Positions 1-5,990 of a DNA stretch of 6,472 nucleotides are shown here, one piece after another. This DNA is from an uncultured virus (IMG/VR IMGVR_UViG_2049941000_000043) (Duplodnaviria; Heunggongvirae; Uroviricota; Caudoviricetes). Under the pieces are notes generated by a model. It did no database searches. It worked only from the letters and a program-made list of their open reading frames with translations, and was not told the DNA's origin. The translations under genes and the position numbers were made by a program. Every line of letters starts with the position of its first letter. Positions within the stretch are counted from its first letter, which is position 1. The DNA lies in IMG/VR virus record IMGVR_UViG_2049941000_000043; one strand, given 5' to 3'.

Positions 1-203
1 GTGAAATGGGGTATGCCGGATTTAACTCCGCAGCGTTCTTGGCTTGGGCAAGCAGACAGGGAATACTTGATGCCAACGAGGGAAGACGGACAAAACGGGC
101 AAGAATCTCTGGCAGCGTTCTCAATACTGTCTGTATCCAGGAAGATTGGAACGGCGATGTGTTCACAGACGAAAGTGTGAACGATGAAGACCTTCCATAC
201 TAA
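1..203 (+). CDS. C-terminal fragment of a probable DUF927/Cch-like phage replication helicase (5' end outside window)
   Basis: Frame is open from base 3 to TAA at 201-203. GFNSAAFLAWASRQGILDANEGRRTKRARISGSVLNTVCI resembles the C-terminal winged-helix region of DUF927 proteins as I recall them. Its position directly before an iteron block fits. Confidence 0.55.
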   Translation, partial: EMGYAGFNSAAFLAWASRQGILDANEGRRTKRARISGSVLNTVCIQEDWNGDVFTDESVNDEDLPY

Positions 204-238
204 TATTCTACATAATTTATACTCATTTTCTACATAAT
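197..238 (+). repeat. Tandem 20-bp imperfect direct repeat, 22-bp period
   Basis: ATACTAATATTCTACATAAT (197-216) vs ATACTCATTTTCTACATAAT (219-238), 18/20 identical, with an exact TTCTACATAAT core at 206-216 and 228-238. Confidence 0.85.
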
Positions 239-376
239 GTTCACAGTGTTCACAGTGTTCACACTTTTTTGGACACCCTCTATATAGAGAGACATATATA
301 TAGCGAGATATATTTATATATTTCTTCTTGCGTGTAGAGTAAAAAAATACTGTGAACAGTGTGAACAGTGTGAACA
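238..376. repeat. Inverted iteron arrays: 3x TGTTCACA(G/C) and 3x (C/G)TGTGAACA flanking an AT-rich spacer
   Basis: Left arm TGTTCACAG-TGTTCACAG-TGTTCACAC at 238-264; right arm CTGTGAACA-GTGTGAACA-GTGTGAACA at 350-376. The arms are 24/27 reverse-complementary with a 9-bp period. Confidence 0.95.
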
Positions 377-475
377 GACCCCAAAAAAGTGAGCAAAATA
401 AGGGGTTTCAAGCGTTCACAGTTTTTGTGGCAGTGCGTGAACCAGTGTGAACAATCAAAAGAAGGGAGATAACAA

Positions 476-718
476 ATGGAGAACGAAAATTTTCGTGGAA
501 CGCTATGTTGGCGGTGTGAAAACGCCGTACCAAACATAGAAGGAACGAGGGGATGCAGCTGGAGCAAGGCATTTACACCGGTTCCTGAATGGTGGGCAGA
601 AAAACGGATCATAATGTACGATGGGAATCCAAAGACATCATATGAAGTCATTCTTTGCCCGGAGTTTATTGAGGAGAAACCGAGGAAGGAGTCATGCTAC
701 TATGGGGTGTATGGCTGA
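476..718 (+). CDS. Cys-rich phage hypothetical protein (80 aa)
   Basis: SD GAAGGGAG at 461-468; motifs LCWRC...GCSWS...CPEF; its stop overlaps the next start (TGATG). Confidence 0.8.
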   Translation: MENENFRGTLCWRCENAVPNIEGTRGCSWSKAFTPVPEWWAEKRIIMYDGNPKTSYEVILCPEFIEEKPRKESCYYGVYG

Positions 719-987
719 TGGCGAAGAAGAATCCCAGGAACGTGCCACGATCCCAGGCTGATGTAGAAAAGGCCCATCAAAACGGGATGCTGTTTGGCAC
801 GGAGTTTGCTTTGAATATCGTTTTGTATGTTTTGAAGGATAAGCACGAAGAAAGCGATGATGACATTATGCAGTTGCGAGATGAGTTTGTCTATCAGATA
901 GACAGCATCAGCAAGGGCTATCTGAAATACACGGATGTTAAAAGAGCCTTGCAGACAGAATACGATCTGACAGTAAAATTAGAATAG
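718..987 (+). CDS. Phage hypothetical protein (89 aa, MAKKNPRN...)
   Basis: Start reassigned from 694 to ATG 718 on the basis of TGATG coupling and GGGGTG SD at 704-709; helical, charged sequence. Confidence 0.8.
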   Translation: MAKKNPRNVPRSQADVEKAHQNGMLFGTEFALNIVLYVLKDKHEESDDDIMQLRDEFVYQIDSISKGYLKYTDVKRALQTEYDLTVKLE

Positions 988-1001
988 GGGGAGATGGGCA
1001 G

Positions 1002-1280
1002 ATGACAGACAACGAAAGGATATACTATCAGGATCGTGCAGAAGTCCGGCAGTTTCTCCGGGAGCATCGGATGTCTGCGTGGGACTTGCAGAAGATAACC
1101 AAGGAACTGTGTGCTTGCGGTACTTGCAGATTCTTCGTGCAACACTACACCAAGGACGGACAGGGACTTGACTGGGGGCATTGCGATAAGGGCAACATTC
1201 AGCACTCCAAGAAGGTAAGCACGGCAAGCTGTGGATTTTGGGAAGATGGGGTAGAAGAGGATGATACTTCCGAAGTATAA
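1002..1280 (+). CDS. Cys-rich phage hypothetical protein (92 aa)
   Basis: GGGGGAG SD-like sequence upstream; CACGTC...C...C pattern suggests metal binding. Confidence 0.75.
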   Translation: MTDNERIYYQDRAEVRQFLREHRMSAWDLQKITKELCACGTCRFFVQHYTKDGQGLDWGHCDKGNIQHSKKVSTASCGFWEDGVEEDDTSEV

Positions 1281-1482
1281 CGGACTTGTTTCGGTTGACA
1301 ATAACGGACAACGTGGTGACAACAACTACTATGCCCAGTACCCATACAAGATAAGCTATGGCGGGAAGAACATATTTTCGGTATACTACTGTGGGAATCC
1401 TGATTGTTTGAGAAGAATATATAAAACCTGGGTATGCTGTCCGTATTGTGGGCAGAAAATTAATTGGGAGAGGGTGGAATGA
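1261..1482 (+). CDS. Zinc-ribbon phage hypothetical protein (73 aa)
   Basis: YYCGNPDC...CCPYCGQKINW, a C-terminal zinc-ribbon ending common in phage small ORFs; stop coupled (ATGA) to the methylase start. Confidence 0.75.
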   Translation: MILPKYNGLVSVDNNGQRGDNNYYAQYPYKISYGGKNIFSVYYCGNPDCLRRIYKTWVCCPYCGQKINWERVE

Positions 1483-1904
1483 TGGTAACAAAAGGTCTGT
1501 TTTCCTCAAACACCGATGAATGGGCAACTCCACAATGGGTTTTCGATGAATGGGATGATTCGTTTCACTTTACATTAGACCCTTGCGCTGACGATCAGAA
1601 CCATAAATGTGATCGGTATTACACGAAGGAGCAGGACGGACTACAACGTGATTGGGGGGGGGAGTCGGTGTGGTGTAACCCCCCGTATGGCAGGGAGATA
1701 GGCAAGTGGGTAAAAAAGTGTTACGAAGAAGCACAGAAGCCCAGAACGAAGGTTGTAGCACTTCTTCCTGCAAGGACGGACACGAAGTGGTTCCACGATT
1801 ACGTCTATAACAAGGCTTTGATTGTTTTTGTTAAAGGCAGGTTAAAGTTTGGGGACGGAAAAGGATCTGCCCCGTTTCCGAGCATGGTTTGTATATGGCT
1901 TTAG
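1479..1904 (+). CDS. Phage N6-adenine DNA methyltransferase (Pfam Dam/PF05869-type)
   Basis: Family motifs FSSNTDEWATPQ, FTLDPCA, DGL, WCNPPYG (catalytic motif IV), LLPARTDTKWFH, GRLKF and APFPSM. Start is ATG 1479 or 1482, coupled to the upstream stop. Confidence 0.93.
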   Translation: MMVTKGLFSSNTDEWATPQWVFDEWDDSFHFTLDPCADDQNHKCDRYYTKEQDGLQRDWGGESVWCNPPYGREIGKWVKKCYEEAQKPRTKVVALLPARTDTKWFHDYVYNKALIVFVKGRLKFGDGKGSAPFPSMVCIWL

Positions 1905-1921
1905 GAAGGAGAACACATGAT

Positions 1922-2455
1922 ATGTACGCAGTAATGATAAGTATTCGTCCAACATGGGCGCAGTTGATAGATAAGGGAATCAAGACCGTAGAAGTGCGGA
2001 AGACCTTCCCGGACTATCACAAGACGAGTTGCCCCTTCAAGGTGTATCTGTACTGCACACAGGGAAAACCTACTCTGACAACTATTATCCGTGACGGAGA
2101 CGATATTTACGGAGATACCTACCACGGCAAGCCAATATTCGTCAAGCATCCAGAAGGTGGCTATGGTTCACGGATTGAGAGGGGAACAGTCTTTGGCGAG
2201 TTTGTCTGCGACTATGCGGAGTATCTGAATGAATTGTTTGTAGCAGATGAACCTGTCAGCCCTGTGTACCGCCGTCCTTACTATGGCGAGTGCTGTCTGA
2301 CGGTGGACGATTTGGAGAAGTACGGGAAAGGCAAACGGCTCTGGGGATGGCACATCTCCGAGTACAAGTGGTATGACAAACCGAAAAGCCTTGAAAACTT
2401 TGGGTTGTCAAGACCGCCACAGTCATGGTGCTATGTGAGGGAGTTTGAAAAATGA
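1922..2455 (+). CDS. ASCH (PUA-like) domain protein (177 aa)
   Basis: MISIRPTWAQLIDKGIKTVEVRKT carries the ASCH GxKxxExR signature; also GTVFGEFVC, GWHIS and RPPQSWCYV. SD AGGAG at 1907-1911 supports the in-frame ATG at 1922. Confidence 0.88.
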   Translation: MYAVMISIRPTWAQLIDKGIKTVEVRKTFPDYHKTSCPFKVYLYCTQGKPTLTTIIRDGDDIYGDTYHGKPIFVKHPEGGYGSRIERGTVFGEFVCDYAEYLNELFVADEPVSPVYRRPYYGECCLTVDDLEKYGKGKRLWGWHISEYKWYDKPKSLENFGLSRPPQSWCYVREFEK

Positions 2456-2736
2456 CATTAAGAGAAGTGCTGCAACTGTATGTGGGGGAATACGAACCGC
2501 TCCCGGACACTTGGGAGAAGTGGGATGACATCAGACCTATGTCATGTTATCGTGTCTGCCTGTGCTTTATGAGCGAGGACGAAACATGGGTGAAGACCAC
2601 GGTGACACATCCAATCCTAATTCCGTTTTATGACTGCGAAGTGATGAGTATTCAGCCGGACAGGGACGATACCTTGCAGATATGGCTGAAGCATGAAGGG
2701 TTTATACCGAAACTGATAGAAAGGAATAAAGCATGA
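2452..2736 (+). CDS. Phage hypothetical protein (94 aa)
   Basis: ATGA coupling at both ends; GAGGGAG SD upstream. Confidence 0.8.
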   Translation: MTLREVLQLYVGEYEPLPDTWEKWDDIRPMSCYRVCLCFMSEDETWVKTTVTHPILIPFYDCEVMSIQPDRDDTLQIWLKHEGFIPKLIERNKA

Positions 2737-2915
2737 AAGCAACAGATTTGACCGTAGATATACACGCAAAACTTGCCGTTCCGGACGAAACCATAGACCG
2801 CTGTCTCCGGCTTTTGGAGATGTGGCAAGAGGACAACCCGGACAAGTACATTGAGGGGAAAGACATCCTGACGGACACGGGAAGAAAGACTGCCTATCAG
2901 ATTTGTGTGAGGTGA
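2733..2915 (+). CDS. Phage hypothetical protein (60 aa)
   Basis: ATGA coupling; AAGGA SD upstream. Confidence 0.75.
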   Translation: MKATDLTVDIHAKLAVPDETIDRCLRLLEMWQEDNPDKYIEGKDILTDTGRKTAYQICVR

Positions 2916-2920
2916 AGACG

Positions 2921-3244
2921 ATGAAACTGATTGATGCCGAAAGACTGGAAGCCGAAGGTTGGAAAATGGAACGGATGCGGAACATTGATCCGTACTGCGT
3001 TCTGTTTGAGAAGAAGAAACCGACAGAGTTTGATGGTGTAGAATCCGTGGACATAGTACGGTGCCGGGAGTGCATACACCATAAGGACAGTGGCTTCTGC
3101 GCCTGGTGGAGTTGGTACGGCACGGTGAATACCGATCCTAATGGCTACTGCAACTTTGGGGAAAGAGGTGAGAGTGATGACAGATCGCAGAACAAAAGAA
3201 GAGTACACAGAAAGTGCAAGATATTCATTAGATGCAAAAAGTGA
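2921..3244 (+). CDS. Phage hypothetical protein with MKLIDA N-terminus and Cys4 C-terminal module
   Basis: SD GAGGTG at 2909-2914 supports ATG 2921. MKLIDAERL start and VRCRECIH...C...YCNFGER module, both frequent in phage small ORFs. Confidence 0.8.
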   Translation: MKLIDAERLEAEGWKMERMRNIDPYCVLFEKKKPTEFDGVESVDIVRCRECIHHKDSGFCAWWSWYGTVNTDPNGYCNFGERGESDDRSQNKRRVHRKCKIFIRCKK

Positions 3245-3503
3245 TATTGGCAAGCCACGGCCCACGCTTTGCCCATCGCACTTGGTAGAAGCTGTGACGG
3301 CTGTCAGAGAGTATGGTACTGCCAAGTACAAAGACCCGGAAAATTGGAGACAGGTTGAACCGCAGCGGTATCGTGATGCCTTATACCGACATTGGCTTGC
3401 CTATCTCAACGGCAGACAGACAGACGAAGAGAGCGGATTGCCTACGCTGTGGCACATAGCTTGCAACGTAGCGTTCCTGATAGAAATGGAGACATTCGGA
3501 TGA
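3177..3503 (+). CDS. dATP/dGTP diphosphohydrolase N-terminal domain family protein (DUF5664/PF18909-like, 108 aa)
   Basis: Motifs KSDIGKPR, YGTAKY, NWR, RYRDALYRH and DEESGLPxLWHIACNVAFL; SD GAGGTG at 3165-3170. Confidence 0.88.
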   Translation: MTDRRTKEEYTESARYSLDAKSDIGKPRPTLCPSHLVEAVTAVREYGTAKYKDPENWRQVEPQRYRDALYRHWLAYLNGRQTDEESGLPTLWHIACNVAFLIEMETFG

Positions 3504-3580
3504 CGGTAGTATGTATACTGGGAGCAATAGCCATTGTTGGTCTTGTATGGTACTGCATCCGGGAAAGCGAGAGGATGTAA
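3500..3580 (+). CDS. Small single-pass membrane peptide (26 aa, MTVVCILGAIAIVGLVWYCIRESERM)
   Basis: GGAG SD at 3488-3491; ATGA coupling upstream and TAATG coupling downstream; a hydrophobic run of about 18 residues followed by a charged tail. Confidence 0.65.
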   Translation: MTVVCILGAIAIVGLVWYCIRESERM

Positions 3581-3915
3581 TGAACCACGATTACACCCAT
3601 TGCCTTGACTGGACACCTTCCTGCCCGAAAGACTGCTTTCGTGCAGAGGTCACAGAAGATTTGGAAAGCCCGGAAGTGCGGGCAGAAATAATTGGCATTC
3701 CCCTATCATGGGCGCACTTTGAAGGAACTGTGGAATGCGTAAAAAGCAATATCACCAAAGCAGAAGATTTCGTATCTGTAATACGGTGCAGAAACTGTAA
3801 GCACTACTCAAACTCTGTCTGCAAGAGATTTGGCATACAGATAAGCAGAAAGCCGGAAGACTTTTGTTCTGAAGGGGTGAGGAAAGATGCCGAGAAGACC
3901 AGTCTGCCCTTGTAG
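3580..3915 (+). CDS. Cys-rich phage hypothetical protein (111 aa) with Cys4 C-terminal module
   Basis: Start reassigned to ATG 3580 (TAATG, GAGG SD). N-terminal HC...C...C cluster; C-terminal IRCRNCKH...C...FCSEGVR module. Confidence 0.78.
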   Translation: MNHDYTHCLDWTPSCPKDCFRAEVTEDLESPEVRAEIIGIPLSWAHFEGTVECVKSNITKAEDFVSVIRCRNCKHYSNSVCKRFGIQISRKPEDFCSEGVRKDAEKTSLPL

Positions 3916-4093
3916 AGAATGTACAGAGAGGTGGCGTGACGGGAGCAAGACTTGCCATCAGGAATGCGACAGGTATTCTGAATGGAAAAATATACTCCAC
4001 ACTTTTTTGGAAGATGTAAAGTACGAACAGCAGATGGAGTATGCCACGAAGAAGATAATCTATAGCAGACGAAAGAAAAATGGAAAGAAATAA
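3887..4093 (+). CDS. Cys/His-rich phage hypothetical protein (68 aa)
   Basis: CPCRECTER...CHQECDRYSEWK pattern; GGGGTGAGG SD at 3874-3882. Confidence 0.78.
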   Translation: MPRRPVCPCRECTERWRDGSKTCHQECDRYSEWKNILHTFLEDVKYEQQMEYATKKIIYSRRKKNGKK

Positions 4094-4337
4094 GTACCTC
4101 AATATGTGCAAAGCCTGTGCTATGATAAAGACAAGGGGTCTGTACGGAATCCGGCAACGAGTCCCGGACAGACTCCAAGTCAAGTATCAGGGCATATGCT
4201 ATTATCCACAGGCTTACGAACTGTCATTCAACGATGACGGATCTGTAAAGCACATAGCTGTTATTCACGATTTGAAAGCCAACAGCATATGCCATGTTCC
4301 CTTGCAGGAAGTATCAGAAAAGGAAGTGATTACATGA
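4080..4337 (+). CDS. Phage hypothetical protein (85 aa)
   Basis: Fills the gap in the coupled gene string; its stop overlaps the next ATG (ATGA 4334-4337). Confidence 0.72.
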   Translation: MERNKYLNMCKACAMIKTRGLYGIRQRVPDRLQVKYQGICYYPQAYELSFNDDGSVKHIAVIHDLKANSICHVPLQEVSEKEVIT

Positions 4338-4900
4338 GCGAAGAAGAGAAGTCCCCCACCACGGGTATAGAAGACACTTCCCCCGAAAATGGTATGGGGG
4401 GTATTTCGGAAGAACCACCAAAGAAGAAACGGGGAAGACCGCCAAAACAGCCTGGAGATCCACCGGGCCGATATGTCAAGAAAGACGAGAAGATAGTAAA
4501 GAAAGAACAACCAATGCAAAAGGCGAAAGGGCATATATCTTACGATCCTGATATGACATATGACGAAGTGGTTGCCAGGGACATTGACAGACACCATGAG
4601 ATTATGACCCTACCACGGGTTAATTTGAATGATCTTACAGAAGTACAGGGGCGGTATACTGAATTTTTGACAATATGCAGAAAGTATGGAAAACGGCTTA
4701 CTGTTGCCGGGTTTGCTGAAGCGTTGGGCATTTCCGTGCAGAAACTTTGGCAGATAAGAAACGGAATCCTCAAGAAACCGCCTGAAGTGGTGGACTTTCT
4801 CAACGCCGTTATTTCTTCCATCACCGCAGAACTGGAAGACCTGATGGTCAGTAGCAAGATTAATCCCGTTGCCGGAATCTTCCTGTTGAAACAGACAGGC
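4334..4900 (+). CDS. Probable terminase small subunit (P22 gp3-like DNA-packaging family), 3' end lost in gap
   Basis: SD AAGGAAGTG. HTH-like LTVAGFAEALGISVQKLWQI and KINPVAGIFLLK motifs are typical of gp3-like TerS, and it sits at the end of the accessory string. Confidence 0.7.
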
Positions 4901-5621
4901 NNNNNNNNNNNNNNNNNNNNNNNNNNNNNNNNNNNNNNNNNNNNNNNNNNNNNNNNNNNNNNNNNNNNNNNNNNNNNNNNNNNNNNNNNNNNNNNNNNNN
5001 NNNNNNNNNNNNNNNNNNNNNNNNNNNNNNNNNNNNNNNNNNNNNNNNNNNNNNNNNNNNNNNNNNNNNNNNNNNNNNNNNNNNNNNNNNNNNNNNNNNN
5101 NNNNNNNNNNNNNNNNNNNNNNNNNNNNNNNNNNNNNNNNNNNNNNNNNNNNNNNNNNNNNNNNNNNNNNNNNNNNNNNNNNNNNNNNNNNNNNNNNNNN
5201 NNNNNNNNNNNNNNNNNNNNNNNNNNNNNNNNNNNNNNNNNNNNNNNNNNNNNNNNNNNNNNNNNNNNNNNNNNNNNNNNNNNNNNNNNNNNNNNNNNNN
5301 NNNNNNNNNNNNNNNNNNNNNNNNNNNNNNNNNNNNNNNNNNNNNNNNNNNNNNNNNNNNNNNNNNNNNNNNNNNNNNNNNNNNNNNNNNNNNNNNNNNN
5401 NNNNNNNNNNNNNNNNNNNNNNNNNNNNNNNNNNNNNNNNNNNNNNNNNNNNNNNNNNNNNNNNNNNNNNNNNNNNNNNNNNNNNNNNNNNNNNNNNNNN
5501 NNNNNNNNNNNNNNNNNNNNNNNNNNNNNNNNNNNNNNNNNNNNNNNNNNNNNNNNNNNNNNNNNNNNNNNNNNNNNNNNNNNNNNNNNNNNNNNNNNNN
5601 NNNNNNNNNNNNNNNNNNNNN
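4901..5621. other. Sequence gap (721 N)
   Basis: Run of N. It hides the 3' ends of both convergent genes and anything between them. Confidence 0.99.
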
Positions 5622-5986
5622 TCGCCATTATTAAATGAATGCCCGCCGCCCGCCCTAGTTGGGCGATAGACTGTATAAGCGGGATACACTTTTTCCGGCT
5701 GTCTATCAGTAATTCGGCGTATTCGTCAATTATAATATATAGCGGTTGTCCGGGCCATTTTTTAAAGCCTTTTTTCGTCATTGTGCTATATCTTGAAAGC
5801 ATTTCCGAACGGATCCCGGACAATAAAGAAATAGCAGCCGGGGCGGTATCAGCATATGCAAACAGGTTATAAAGCCTTTTGTATTCTATCATTTCAACCT
5901 TTTTTAAATCTATAAAAGCCAATAGCGGCCGGGGCTGTTGCAATAGCAGCCCCGTTATAATTCCGTGTAAAGNNNNNNNNNNCCAT
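5622..5986 (-). CDS. FtsK/SpoIIIE-family ATPase domain protein (partial; interrupted by both gaps)
   Basis: 5970-5622 reads LHGIITGLLLQQPRPLLAFIDLKKVE...YIIIDEYAEL (Walker B)...IAQLGRAAGIHLIMA, all FtsK motor motifs. The likely start is ATG at 5986-5984 after a GAGGTG SD; Walker A would lie in the 10-N gap. Confidence 0.85.
5973..5982. other. Sequence gap (10 N, true size probably larger)
   Basis: ATG 5986 is out of frame with the FtsK body if the gap is 10 bp, and the Walker A segment is missing. Confidence 0.85.
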
Positions 5987-5990
5987 TTTT

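Larger units (their letters stand above)
160..453. promoter_or_regulatory. Putative phage replication origin (iterons plus AT-rich unwinding element)
   Basis: 11 GTTCAC/GTGAAC cores: 161, 177, three in 238-264, three in 350-376, 414, 437 and 447. There is a TA-rich stretch at about 281-323 and a perfect palindrome CTCTATATAGAG at 278-289. It lies just downstream of the helicase-like gene, as SaPI origins do. Confidence 0.65.

Noticed and set aside
206..238. Sigma-A promoter from the two CATAAT hexamers
   Set aside because: No credible -35 box at 16-18 bp from either copy.
238..453. CRISPR array or transposon terminal inverted repeats
   Set aside because: Units are 9 bp, contiguous and in both orientations, with no unique spacers, no cas or transposase gene and no target-site duplication seen.
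1479..1904. Complete restriction-modification system or GATC avoidance
   Set aside because: No endonuclease gene is adjacent, GATC occurs many times on both sides of the gap, and specificity cannot be read from the sequence.
1917..1934. Out-of-frame mini-ORF (ATG 1917, MICTQ*) sharing the ASCH SD as a regulatory element
   Set aside because: Short out-of-frame ATGs are common by chance and nothing else supports a function.
3177..3503. Z-base (2-aminoadenine) genome pathway
   Set aside because: No purZ, datZ or dedicated polymerase in the window; this gene alone is not enough.
280..4597. Minus-strand ORFs in the left segment (280..651, 918..1325, 979..1533, 2617..3123, 2897..3331, 3752..4183 and others)
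   Set aside because: Antisense shadows of a fully packed + strand string with no recognisable motifs; the HTVHTVH in 280..651 just reflects the iterons.
4289..5943. Long ORFs 4289..5638 (+), 4540..5943 (-) and 4610..5689 (-)
   Set aside because: Artefacts of translating through the N run; only the flanking terS-like and FtsK-like parts are supported.
5931..5953. Hairpin GGGGCTG-N9-CAGCCCC as a terminator
   Set aside because: Lies inside the FtsK coding frame and lacks a clear U-tract on either strand.
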